Below, piece after piece: positions 1 to 8,769 of a stretch of DNA of 31,276 nucleotides. The position numbers and the translations under genes were made by a program. Position 1 is the stretch's first letter; every line of letters begins with the position of its first letter. The DNA comes from a virus. Taxonomy: Duplodnaviria; Heunggongvirae; Uroviricota; Caudoviricetes. A model generated the notes under the pieces. The model worked only from the letters and a program-made list of their open reading frames with translations. It ran no database searches and was not told the DNA's origin. The DNA lies in the IMG/VR virus record IMGVR_UViG_2534682222_000020, positions 1 to 31,276 of that record. One strand, written 5' to 3'.

Positions 1-396
1 CTATTGTGCGGCCGATTCTTCTGGGCCGCACAATTTCTCGTAATCTTTTGGCGCCGTTCTATCTAAACCTGTGTAAATTTCTTTCCTCATGATTGAGTAG
101 GTTACACCCTTTGAGAAGGCGCCCTTAGGAACCATATTTATTTCTACCAGGAAGGGAGAAAAACCAGCGTAAGCCCCAAACCCATTTTTTGCATTCAGCT
201 GCCCGCATACGATCCCCTTAACCTCACCATCTTTTGTTTCTTCTGTTTGCACAAAACGCATATACCGAAATTTTGCGCTATCTGGATCTCTTGTATCTGC
301 GGCAACCTCTTTCTGCGCCAGTTCAATAGCCTTATCAACACCAGGCTTACACCCTACAAGCCCGATTAATGCCAGTAAAACCATGGTTTTTCTCAT
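1..396 (-). CDS. Putative lipoprotein (host gene or prophage cargo; possible surface/exclusion protein)
   Basis: ORF 1..462 minus; internal ATG at 394..396 preceded by GGGGA RBS gives MRKTMVLLALIGLVGC, a signal peptide with lipobox L-V-G-C. No recognisable phage structural homology. Lies beyond the ogr terminator. Confidence 0.5.
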   Translation of the reverse strand: MRKTMVLLALIGLVGCKPGVDKAIELAQKEVAADTRDPDSAKFRYMRFVQTEETKDGEVKGIVCGQLNAKNGFGAYAGFSPFLVEINMVPKGAFSKGVTYSIMRKEIYTGLDRTAPKDYEKLCGPEESAAQ

Positions 397-460
397 TTTC
401 GTTCCCCACTTCCATTGGTAAGAGCGGTAATTATCATTTTCTGCTGATTGCTTCTCAAGC

Positions 461-486
461 AAAACCCCGCAAATGCGGGGTTTTCT
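461..486. terminator. Bidirectional intrinsic terminator downstream of ogr
   Basis: Seen in sequence: aaaa-CCCCGC-aaat-GCGGGG-tttt; 6-bp GC stem (465..470 / 475..480), 4-nt loop, T-tract on both strands, immediately after the ogr stop (487..489). Confidence 0.55.
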
Positions 487-735
487 TCATACTGCGAGAC
501 TGAGTTGACTGCTTCCATAATGCGAAGCGGGGAAAGCATCTGATGGGATGAAATCAGCCGGTAACTTATCGCGTGGTGCGCGTTTGGTTACCAGCTTCTC
601 AACGCTGTTGAGCGTAGTAAACGTAATACTGCATTCGAAATTCTGGCACTGGTGATAATGCCGGACTGTCATTTCACTAAGATGGCGACTGGTGCGCGTA
701 CGGGCGACGGCACCACAAACAGGACACTTAAACAT
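487..735 (-). CDS. ogr: Ogr/Delta-family zinc-finger late-gene transcription activator
   Basis: 82 aa; MFKCPVCGA...RYHQCQNFECSITFTT matches the recalled P2 Ogr Cys4 pattern (CPxC...HQCQNxxCSxTF). Confidence 0.85.
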   Translation of the reverse strand: MFKCPVCGAVARTRTSRHLSEMTVRHYHQCQNFECSITFTTLNSVEKLVTKRAPRDKLPADFIPSDAFPASHYGSSQLSLAV

Positions 736-780
736 AATGGCCTCCCATGGCGGGAGTTGAACTCGCTCATATTATGGCCG

Positions 781-1935
781 CTATGATTCGGTTTCTGCAA
801 TCCATTCAGGTATTTTTGCTTCCAGTTCCAGCCGCGTTTTAAATCCACTGCTGTCAATAGTGTGGCTTGCCTTGGCAATTATCCAGTCCTGGCCGTCAAT
901 GACGTCTTTGAATTCCGTTACCGTTCCGTGCATCTCCGGATACAGATCCGCGCGCCCGTAAGCCAGGGTTAAAGTGAACTCAGCTGCTCCTCGCTGGAGT
1001 TGTTGCCATTTTGCAGCTGCTGCACGTTGTGCGGCCATCTCACTGCTGTACGTAGTGCGGAGTACAAAAACGTTACCATCTTCACCGGCAATATAGTCCC
1101 CTTCCCGGCTGCTGCTACGCGGCTTTTTGTCTGCGGTTTTCTTCCGTTTTTTAACAGTGACCTTTTTCTTTTTTCCGAAATCCATATCAAGCCAGTACGC
1201 CTGCACGCCAGTGTATGCGTCACGATCTGCAATCCGGAAAGAATGTCGATCTCCGCTGCTGCGCGTGATGGAAAACTCCGGTAACGCTCTGCCGTTTGCA
1301 CTGACGCCACCACCAGGCAGGATGAACAGCAGGTAACCATTTTTCACAGTTGCAATAGCGCCCAGCATTTCCGCCATGCGCGTCAGAAACGACATGTCAC
1401 TTTCTTGTGTCTGATCTGCATGGTCGATCTCGGCGGACATCAGTTGCTCTGAGATGAGAGGTTTTAACTTGTACCGGTGAGCTATAGCAGAGACGATGCG
1501 CTCAACTGTAACGTCATGCCACGACACCTCCCGTTTGACGTTAAACTCATCGCGGAAATCTGCACTTCTGGCCGTGATCTCGATACGGTCCGGCGGCCCT
1601 GAGTGCGCAATTTCATCCACGATGAAAATCCCTTTGTGAACCAGTTTTTCTCCCTGCCAGCCTATCGCTACTGACAATTCTGCACCACGCGGGGGTAACT
1701 CAATATCTCCCTGGCTATCATCAACAGTGATGGTCAGCTCATCAGCATTAAAGCCCCTGTTATCTGTTAATTCTAATGAGACCAGGTTCCCATCCAGCAT
1801 GATCAACGCCTTGCCGCCAAGCATGACGTTAAACGCAGGTACACGTGACAGGTCGCCCGGATAATTTTTGAATTTCTCAGCACCCGCATTCAGCAGGCTT
1901 TTTGCGCTCTCTATTGCGTCAGTTGTCAGTGCCAT
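781..1935 (-). CDS. D: Tail protein D (late control gene D)
   Basis: ORF 781..2016; likely start ATG 1933..1935 (MALTTDAIE) with GAGGAG RBS. Conserved blocks DNRGF, RSADFR, SWHD, HIDQTQESD..FLTR, SGFKT and a Lys-rich linker, as recalled for P2 gpD. Confidence 0.85.
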   Translation of the reverse strand: MALTTDAIESAKSLLNAGAEKFKNYPGDLSRVPAFNVMLGGKALIMLDGNLVSLELTDNRGFNADELTITVDDSQGDIELPPRGAELSVAIGWQGEKLVHKGIFIVDEIAHSGPPDRIEITARSADFRDEFNVKREVSWHDVTVERIVSAIAHRYKLKPLISEQLMSAEIDHADQTQESDMSFLTRMAEMLGAIATVKNGYLLFILPGGGVSANGRALPEFSITRSSGDRHSFRIADRDAYTGVQAYWLDMDFGKKKKVTVKKRKKTADKKPRSSSREGDYIAGEDGNVFVLRTTYSSEMAAQRAAAAKWQQLQRGAAEFTLTLAYGRADLYPEMHGTVTEFKDVIDGQDWIIAKASHTIDSSGFKTRLELEAKIPEWIAETES

Positions 1936-1993
1936 CGCTTTCTCCTCACGCAAATATTTCCATGCGCGCGCGATAGGACAAACAGCCTTTTGT

Positions 1994-2011
1994 TGTCGCC
2001 TTTCTGTGACA
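1994..2011. promoter_or_regulatory. Candidate Ogr-binding dyad (TGT-N12-ACA) between divergent D and FI
   Basis: Seen: tgtcgcctttctgtgaca. P2-type late promoters carry TGT-N12-ACA centred near -55. A GAATAT -10-like hexamer at 2046..2051 puts the dyad about -55 for FI; an AATATT-like hexamer on the minus strand near 1953..1958 puts it at a similar distance for D. Confidence 0.4.
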
Positions 2012-2086
2012 TCCATCGTGACGTGTCTGCCGCCCGGAATTCAGCGAATATCACCATGAACTCACTAAACATGATGGCGGTAGAGT

Positions 2087-3268
2087 ATGACCGACAACTT
2101 TTTCCACGGATCACGCACCAAAGAAAACACCGACCTTCTGGCCGCGATCAATGACATTGATTCAACGGTCATTGGTCTGGTCGCGGTGGCCGATGATGCC
2201 GATCCCCTCACCTTTCCACTTGATACACCAGTCCTGATCACTCGCGTGATTAGCGTGCTGGGTAAGGCAGGCAAGACAGGCTCACTGTATAAATCTCTCA
2301 AGGCTATTTCCGACCAGGTCAGCACGCGCGTCATTGTTGTTCGTGTCGCTGAGGCCAAAGAGGGTGAAGATGAAAAAACACAATCTCAGCTCATTATCGG
2401 TGGCACTCAGGCTGACGGAAGCTATACCGGTATGTTTGCCCTGCTGACCGCAGAGCAGAAAACGGGTTATCGCCCTCGAATCCTCGGCATTCCGATGTAT
2501 GACACGCAGGAAGTAACCGCACAGCTGCGCGTAATTGCGAAGCAACTGCGTGCGTTCTCTTACAGCTATTGTGATGGCTGCGAGACTATTGCCGAAGCGA
2601 AGACCTACCGCGAGCAGTTCGCCGAACGTGAAGGGATGTTAATTTGGCCTAACTTCATCGCCTACAACCCGCAGACCGGCGTTAATGAAGAATTCCCGGC
2701 TGTTGCCTATGCGCTTGGCCTGCGGGCACTGATTGATAATGAGCAGGGCTGGCACAAATCACTTTCTAACGTTGCGGTGAAAAACGTCCTGGGTATCTCT
2801 AAAGACGTGTTCTGGGCGTTACAGGCGGAGGACTCCGACGCTAATGAGCTGAACGCTAACGAGATTACCACGCTGATCAAACGCGATGGCTTCCGGTTCT
2901 GGGGTAACCGTACCACCGACACCGAAGAGTATATTTTCGAGGTGTTCACCCGGACGGCCCAAATTCTTGCGGACAGCATTGCGGAAGCACAATTCACCAC
3001 CGTGGATAAACCGCTTACCCCGGCTAACGTCAAAGACGTTGTAAGCGGGATCAATGCCAAGCTTCAGGCGCTGGTCACTGCTGGCAAGCTGATTGGTGCA
3101 GCGTGCTGGTTTGATATTGTCGACAACCCGACCACTGGTATTCGCCAGGGTAAAGTTGTTATTCGCTACAACTACAGTCCCGTACCACCGCTGGAAAACC
3201 TGACGCTGATCCAGACGTTTACCGATCAGTATTACGAACCAGCCTTTGCATCGCTGGGAGGTGCATAA
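2087..3268 (+). CDS. FI: Contractile tail sheath protein FI
   Basis: 393 aa; ATG at 2087; RALIDNEQGWHKSLSNV, TTLIKRDGFRFWGNRT, YNYSPVPPLENLTL closely match recalled P2 FI. Confidence 0.9.
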   Translation: MTDNFFHGSRTKENTDLLAAINDIDSTVIGLVAVADDADPLTFPLDTPVLITRVISVLGKAGKTGSLYKSLKAISDQVSTRVIVVRVAEAKEGEDEKTQSQLIIGGTQADGSYTGMFALLTAEQKTGYRPRILGIPMYDTQEVTAQLRVIAKQLRAFSYSYCDGCETIAEAKTYREQFAEREGMLIWPNFIAYNPQTGVNEEFPAVAYALGLRALIDNEQGWHKSLSNVAVKNVLGISKDVFWALQAEDSDANELNANEITTLIKRDGFRFWGNRTTDTEEYIFEVFTRTAQILADSIAEAQFTTVDKPLTPANVKDVVSGINAKLQALVTAGKLIGAACWFDIVDNPTTGIRQGKVVIRYNYSPVPPLENLTLIQTFTDQYYEPAFASLGGA

Positions 3269-3784
3269 ATGGCTATTCCTAAGAAACTCCGCCTGTTCAC
3301 GATGTTTGTCGATGGCGACAACTACATCGGGAAAATACCCAGCGTCACGCTCCCGAAAATCACCCGTAAAACGGAAGATTACCAGGGTGGCGGTATGCTT
3401 GGCTCTGCTGCTGTTGATCTCGGCCTTGATTCAGGTGCACTGGATGCATCAATGATTGTTGGTGGCATGGTCGAGGAGCTGATCCTGAAATGGGGTGGGG
3501 ATATTGACGAACTACGCACGCGCTTTGTCGGTGAGATCTACAGCGGCGGTACAAGCTCCCTGCTTGAGGTCGAGATGCGCGGACGTATTACCGAAGTCGA
3601 CCAGGGCGAAGCCAAGCAAGGTGATGACACCAATCATACTTATGCGCTCAAAAATACGTATTACAAGCTGTCCGTGGATGACAAACCTCTGCTGGAAATC
3701 GACCTGCTGAACTTCATCTACAAGCGCAACGGTAAGAGCCTCTACCCGGATCGCATTGCGTCCGCTCTGGGCCTCGGCCAGTAA
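3269..3784 (+). CDS. FII: Tail tube protein FII
   Basis: 171 aa directly after FI stop (TAA 3266..3268) with GGGAGGTG RBS; size and position as P2 FII. Confidence 0.85.
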   Translation: MAIPKKLRLFTMFVDGDNYIGKIPSVTLPKITRKTEDYQGGGMLGSAAVDLGLDSGALDASMIVGGMVEELILKWGGDIDELRTRFVGEIYSGGTSSLLEVEMRGRITEVDQGEAKQGDDTNHTYALKNTYYKLSVDDKPLLEIDLLNFIYKRNGKSLYPDRIASALGLGQ

Positions 3785-3805
3785 CCTTTTTTAACCACTA
3801 CAAAT

Positions 3806-3824
3806 GGCGGCCAGTCTGGCCGCC
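3806..3824 (+). other. Intercistronic stem-loop between FII and E
   Basis: Seen: GGCGGCCAG-t-CTGGCCGCC, perfect 9-bp inverted repeat; no downstream T-tract. Confidence 0.4.
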
Positions 3825-3837
3825 CGGAGAAAGAATA

Positions 3838-4137
3838 ATGTCAGTAACTCTCAGCCAACCCATTAAACGCGGCGATCAGGAAATCAAATCCGTCTCAATC
3901 ACCGACACAATCAAGCAGGCTGGCTCACTGCGCGGGCTGCGTCTGGTTGATGTTCTCAACTTCGATTATGACGCGGTATCAACTCTGCTGACTCGCGTAA
4001 CCACGCCCCAGCTGACAACTGCCGATATTTCCTCAATGGCGACCGGCGACTTTACGGCCCTGTGCGAAGAAATCACGCCTTTTTTGACGAAAGCGGCGCC
4101 GTCCGCACCGAGCGAGGCGGCAACGGCGAGCAAGTAA
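3838..4137 (+). CDS. E: Tail assembly chaperone E
   Basis: 99 aa; position after tube gene and before tape measure; contains the slippery heptamer near its 3' end. Confidence 0.8.
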   Translation: MSVTLSQPIKRGDQEIKSVSITDTIKQAGSLRGLRLVDVLNFDYDAVSTLLTRVTTPQLTTADISSMATGDFTALCEEITPFLTKAAPSAPSEAATASK

Positions 4138-4310
4138 GAGAGGCAGTATTCAGCGATGTCGACGATCTGATCGCCGATATCGCTGTGATATTTCACTGGC
4201 CGCCCTCCGAAATGCACAGCATGGAGTTGCGCGAGCTGATGGCCTGGCGCGAACGGGCGGCCATCAGAAGCGGCAACCATGATAAGGAGGATGACGACGA
4301 TGGATCTTAG
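3838..4310 (+). CDS. E': E+E' fusion chaperone made by programmed -1 ribosomal frameshift
   Basis: Slippery heptamer T TTT TTG at 4080..4086 in the E frame (cct ttt ttg); the -1 frame continues open as FFDESGAVRTERGG... to a stop at 4308..4310, overlapping the T start. Same arrangement as P2 E/E'. Confidence 0.7.
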
Positions 4311-7239
4311 TATTCGCGTTGCGTTCAGTGCAATTGACAAGCTCACCCGCCCGGTCAGCGCCGCCAGTAAAGCTATTGGCGGCCTTTCCGACTCCCTCAA
4401 AAAAACTCAGTCCTCCATCAAAGACCTGGAAAAAAGCGCAACATCATTTGATAAGTTACGCTCGCAAGCCAATGACACTGCGCAGAAGCTGAAAAGCACC
4501 CAGCGGGCATTTAACGGTCTAAACCAGAAGCAACGTGAAGGCGGCCAGCTTACTGAAGCCCAGACGGCACGGCTTGAGTCACTTCGCACCAGGCTTTCCC
4601 GGCTGACGGAAACCTACGGCAGGCAAACGACGCAGCTGCGCACAGCAGCGCAGGCTGTGCGCCAGCATGGCGTTAATCTCACCACCGGTAGCGGCGCCAT
4701 CCAGAGTGCCATCAGGCGTACGGAACAATACAACCAGGCACTTGAGCGCGAACGTCGTCAGCTGGCTGCTACCCAGAAAGCCCAGGCCAGATACGAACAG
4801 GCAAAAGAGACTGCGGGTAAACTTCGCGGTGCAGGCATGGGGATGATGCTTGGCACTGCTGCTGCGGGCTACGCTGGCGGATCATTCCTTGCGCCTGCGA
4901 TTGGTTTCGACGAGGAAATGTCACGCGTCCAGGCCTTAACCCGCCTTAATAAAGACTCTTCCCAGATGGGAGATCTGCGCGCGCAGGCTAAAAAACTCGG
5001 TGCAGAAACTGCATTCACCTCTCGCGATGCAGCCAGCGGGCAGGCGTTTCTTGCAATGGCTGGCTTTACTCCAGAGGCCATTCAGGCGGCATTGCCCGGC
5101 GTTCTGAATATGGCGCTGGCCGGTGGCATGGATCTTGGTGAAAGTGCCGATATCAGCTCCAACATTCTTTCGCAGTTCCGCCTTGATCCAAAGGAAATGG
5201 ATCGGGTCAGTGATGTTTTGACCGCAGCATTTACCCGTACTAACACCGATTTAATGAACATCGGTGAGGCGATGAAGTATGCAGGAACCGGGATGGCTGG
5301 TCTTGGCGTTGATGTTGAGCGCACAACCGCCATGATCGGTGTAATGGCCAACGTTGGCCTGCGGGGTAGTATTGCAGGTACTGGCCTACAAACCACCTTT
5401 TCACGTCTGGCCGCACCAACAGGCAAGGCTCAGGCAGCCCTGAAAGAATTGGGCGTTTCTGTTGCTGATGCCACCGGAAAAATGCGACCGGCCGAAGTGG
5501 TCTTGTCTGATATTTATAAATCTATCAAAAAGTACGGCGATACAGACCAGCTTTCATTCTTCAAAGATATCGCTGGCGAGGAGGCAGCAAAGTCATTTCA
5601 GGCGCTGGTTAGATCGGCTGGTAGCGGTGAGCTGCAAAAACTCCTTGCCGATTTGCGCGGCTCTCAGGGTGAAGCGCAGAAGGCAGCGAAGGTCATGGCT
5701 GACAACCTCAGCGGTGATCTGAAAAACCTGGACAGCGCATGGGAGGGTTTCCGCATTCAGATTGAGGAGACTGCCGACGGCCCTCTGCGCTCTCTCACTC
5801 AGGGGCTTAGCGATATGATCACCGCCGCCAGTACCTGGGTAAAAGAAAACCCCCGACTGACACAAACAATCATTCTGGTTGTCGGTGGGACACTTGCACT
5901 GGTGGCGGCAATTGGCGCTGCATCACTGGCGATGGGTATTCTTATTGGCCCCCTCGCCAAACTTCAGCTCGGCTTTTCACTGCTGACCGGTGGTCGCGGG
6001 CTACTCGGCACCATTGCAGCTTTTCGCACTCTCGGCACTGTCGCGGGCCCGGCCATGGCAAGTGTCAGAGGATGGTCCGTCGTACTGTCAGGAATCGCCC
6101 CTAACCTGGGAAGAATTTCAGCTATTCTCCCTGCGGTTCGCTCTGGTCTGCTTACTGCATTCCTGTCTCCTGGCGCACTTGTGGGATCGCTGACTAAAAA
6201 CATTGGCATGCTGCTGCTTCGCCTCACTGGCTTACCAGCAATCTGGGGCATGATCACCGGTGCGATATCTGTTCTTGGTGGGGCTTTATCTTTTTTACTC
6301 AGTCCAATAGGCCTGATTGGTGCCGCGTTTGTATCTGCGGGATTGCTAATCTGGCGATACTGGGAACCCATTAAGACATTTTTCCTCGGTATGTTTACCG
6401 GAGTTATGCAGGCGATCTCCCCTCTCAGGGATGCCTTTGCCACCTTTTCCCCCATCTTTGACATGATCAGCAATGGGGTGAAATCCGTCTGGCAGTGGTT
6501 TACAAACCTTTTGTCGCCAATGCAGACCAGCAAAGAGACGCTTGATAAATGCGCGAGCGCTGGCGTGATCTTCGGTAATGTGCTCGGCGGTGCGATTAAT
6601 CTCGTCCTGACCCCAGCCAGGATGCTACTTGATACTCTGGGCTGGATACTTGAAAAACTTGGTGTACTACCTGATGAAGCAGAGAGGGCGCGCAAGAAAA
6701 TTGAGGATGCGCAACGCACTGCCCTCCTTCAGGATAAGGTGGCTTTCCTTGCCGGTGATATGGCTAAAGTCGCCCCCAAAAAAGCAGAGTCGCCAGTTAC
6801 TACTGCTGCACCCGCTGCGGCCTCGCCGCTATCAGGAAATACCGGTACGCAACGACGCCTGCAAAGCATCGCAGACAATACAAAAGCAACCGCTGACAAC
6901 ACCAAGAAAGTCGGGCCGGGTGACATTATTTTCAAAAACCTGCCGCGCGCTCTGGCTTTACGTGGCGCATACCAGGAAGCGCGTGTTACACCGCAGTCAG
7001 TGCCGCGAGTGGCAACGCCCGCCGCTGGCGGCATTATTTCCGCGACAGCAGCCACTCAGGCACCGGTATCGGCCCCCGTTACCGCGCCCACCGGCAATGC
7101 TCCAGTGTTTAACATTACCTTTAACGATGTTGGTAAGCGCACGGATCAGGAGCTGGAAAGAATGGTACGCAATGTTGTGCGTGATGCGATGGCCAGTACC
7201 AACAGAAATAACCGTGGTTCTTTCCGCGACAGAGATTAG
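4300..7239 (+). CDS. T: Tail tape measure protein T
   Basis: ORF 4279..7239; preferred start ATG 4300 with AAGGAGG 9 nt upstream. About 980 aa, coiled-coil N-terminus, long hydrophobic Gly/Ala-rich middle, between E' and U. Confidence 0.85.
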   Translation: MDLSIRVAFSAIDKLTRPVSAASKAIGGLSDSLKKTQSSIKDLEKSATSFDKLRSQANDTAQKLKSTQRAFNGLNQKQREGGQLTEAQTARLESLRTRLSRLTETYGRQTTQLRTAAQAVRQHGVNLTTGSGAIQSAIRRTEQYNQALERERRQLAATQKAQARYEQAKETAGKLRGAGMGMMLGTAAAGYAGGSFLAPAIGFDEEMSRVQALTRLNKDSSQMGDLRAQAKKLGAETAFTSRDAASGQAFLAMAGFTPEAIQAALPGVLNMALAGGMDLGESADISSNILSQFRLDPKEMDRVSDVLTAAFTRTNTDLMNIGEAMKYAGTGMAGLGVDVERTTAMIGVMANVGLRGSIAGTGLQTTFSRLAAPTGKAQAALKELGVSVADATGKMRPAEVVLSDIYKSIKKYGDTDQLSFFKDIAGEEAAKSFQALVRSAGSGELQKLLADLRGSQGEAQKAAKVMADNLSGDLKNLDSAWEGFRIQIEETADGPLRSLTQGLSDMITAASTWVKENPRLTQTIILVVGGTLALVAAIGAASLAMGILIGPLAKLQLGFSLLTGGRGLLGTIAAFRTLGTVAGPAMASVRGWSVVLSGIAPNLGRISAILPAVRSGLLTAFLSPGALVGSLTKNIGMLLLRLTGLPAIWGMITGAISVLGGALSFLLSPIGLIGAAFVSAGLLIWRYWEPIKTFFLGMFTGVMQAISPLRDAFATFSPIFDMISNGVKSVWQWFTNLLSPMQTSKETLDKCASAGVIFGNVLGGAINLVLTPARMLLDTLGWILEKLGVLPDEAERARKKIEDAQRTALLQDKVAFLAGDMAKVAPKKAESPVTTAAPAAASPLSGNTGTQRRLQSIADNTKATADNTKKVGPGDIIFKNLPRALALRGAYQEARVTPQSVPRVATPAAGGIISATAATQAPVSAPVTAPTGNAPVFNITFNDVGKRTDQELERMVRNVVRDAMASTNRNNRGSFRDRD

Positions 7240-7248
7240 GTGACGATT

Positions 7249-7737
7249 ATGATGATGGTTTTTGGAATGTTCGTTTTTATGCTGCGCACCACGCCCTACC
7301 AGCAACTCCAGCACTCGCAGGAGTGGAGGCACGTTAAAAACGAGCGCGTTAACCAGTCAGCAGGCTGGCAGTACATCGGCACTGGTGATGACAACATAAC
7401 CCTTTCAGGTGTTCTTTACCCGGAGATCACGGGGGGAAACCTCTCGCTATCCGCCCTTGAAACTATCGGCTATGCGGGGCGCCCATGGCCGCTTATTGAT
7501 GGTACGGGACGTATTTATGGTATGTACGTTTTAACACGGCTGGAGCGAGGTAAATCCGAATTCGATCAATTTGGGAATCCCAAAAAAATTGAATTTACCC
7601 TCAGCCTGAGCCGTGTCGACGCGGATTACAGGGAGAAGCTGCAAAGCTCGACCGTCAGCGACGCCCTTGCCGGGTTAAAGACGAGTGCAAATAATGCGAT
7701 AAACCAGGTGAAAGACTCGCTCAACGGTCTGTTTTAG
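7249..7737 (+). CDS. U: Tail protein U
   Basis: ORF 7240..7737; ATG run at 7249 (MMMVFGMFVFML) with AGGTGA RBS; WRHVKNERVNQSAGWQY, ITLSGVLYPE, KIEFTLSL match recalled P2 gpU. Confidence 0.8.
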   Translation: MMMVFGMFVFMLRTTPYQQLQHSQEWRHVKNERVNQSAGWQYIGTGDDNITLSGVLYPEITGGNLSLSALETIGYAGRPWPLIDGTGRIYGMYVLTRLERGKSEFDQFGNPKKIEFTLSLSRVDADYREKLQSSTVSDALAGLKTSANNAINQVKDSLNGLF

Positions 7738-7744
7738 CAGTGGC

Positions 7745-8313
7745 TTAAACCCCTTCATGTTCCCTTCTTCTTGAAGGGAACTTCTTGTAAAGCGTCGATA
7801 TTCCGACATCAAAAATAATAGCCACCTGCTGCCGTTTTTCCCCTGCGGCGATCAGCCTTCCCGCCTGTTCCCATTGCTGCTTTGTCAGTTTTGGCCGCCT
7901 CCCGCCTATTCTTCCTTCTGCGCGGGCAGCCGCCAAACCGGCGCGGGTACGCTCAACGATCAATTCTCTCTCCATTTCTGCCAGCGCCCCCATGACGTGA
8001 AAGAAAAAGCGCCCATGGGTGTTGAGGTATCAATGCTGTCTGTCAGGCTGCGGAAGTTAACACCGCGATTGCGTAGCTCTTCGATCATTGTCACCAGGTG
8101 GCGCATGCTCCGCCCAAGACGATCAAGCTTCCAGACAACCAGCGTATCACCCTCCGATAAGGTCCGTAATAAACGCTTAAGCCCCGGCCTTTCCGCTTTA
8201 GTGCCGCTTATTTTGTCTTCAAATATTTGTTCACATCCTGCGCTTACCAGCGCATTTCTTTGCAGCGCAGTGTTCTGGTCATTTGTTGACACCCTTACAT
8301 AGCCGATCAGCAT
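7745..8313 (-). pseudogene. Hin/Gin/Pin-family serine DNA invertase, apparently frameshifted (1-nt deletion) or sequencing error
   Basis: N-terminal ORF 7960..8313 (MLIGYVRVSTNDQ..., active-site Ser) reads correctly to ...STPMG then goes out of frame; the adjacent frame reads GRFFFHVMGALAEMERELIVERT...GISTLYKKF (HTH domain) to a stop at 7745. The break maps to the C-run at 8012..8014. Confidence 0.6.
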
Positions 8314-8420
8314 AAAAATCCCCTTTTATTTAGATGTCATAGTCCCTCGCATTGTATCGAGCATCGTCATTTCTGGCTGTACTGCAGGTCTGGTACCGCA
8401 CCGTCAGAAGTAACCATGTC

Positions 8421-8446
8421 TTCCGGAAAACGTTGGTTTGGGAGAA
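8421..8446. repeat. Left inversion crossover site (gix/hix-like), invertase-proximal
   Basis: Seen: ttccggaaaacgttggtttgggagaa; 22/26 identical to the reverse complement of 10268..10293; AAACC...GGTTT architecture of Gin/Hin sites. Confidence 0.6.
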
Positions 8447-8767
8447 GCGGCGAAAAGGAATGTGGGGACTGGGGCGAATCAGATACCAGACATGTCAGCT
8501 TATTCATCAGGATCTGGCTGGCAAAAATTGCCTGATGGTTCAATTGAACAGTGGGGACGAATTAATTTCCCGACTAACGCCGCGGCGGTATCTACAAATG
8601 TGACTTTCCCCATTCCTTTTACGCAGGAGCCAGACGTAGTGATTGTATATGACGGCGGTTTTGGTGATGGGAATATGTGGGGCGCAACTAACTGGACGCG
8701 AACAGGATTTGTTGCGCATTGTAACTATGGATTTGAAGGTGGAGCTTTCTTTGCGAAAGGGCGTTAA
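8438..8767 (+). CDS. Promoterless alternative tail-fibre C-terminal domain (Sv'-like cassette)
   Basis: Open frame begins inside the left crossover site (...[15 protein letters not shown]...), has no ATG or RBS of its own, and is followed 2 nt later by a tail-fibre assembly gene; would fuse in frame to the H constant region after inversion. Confidence 0.55.
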   Translation: MGEAAKRNVGTGANQIPDMSAYSSGSGWQKLPDGSIEQWGRINFPTNAAAVSTNVTFPIPFTQEPDVVIVYDGGFGDGNMWGATNWTRTGFVAHCNYGFEGGAFFAKGR

Positions 8768-8769
8768 TT

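Noticed and set aside
1127-1200. Lys-rich stretch (KKKKVTVKKRKKTADKK) inside D, considered as a possible insertion or signal
   Set aside because: As I recall, P2 gpD has an equivalent Lys-rich linker at the same position, so this is a conserved feature of the family.
5964-6719. 251-aa ORF on the minus strand, plus other long ORFs antisense or out of frame within T (for example 6629..7243 plus, 5082..5426 minus)
   Set aside because: They lie entirely inside the tape measure gene, have low-complexity translations and no independent start context; typical GC-rich-frame artefacts.
8352-8603. 83-aa plus-strand ORF overlapping the start of the alternative fibre cassette
   Set aside because: Out of frame with the cassette that continues into the crossover site; no RBS; the cassette frame gives the coherent fusion.
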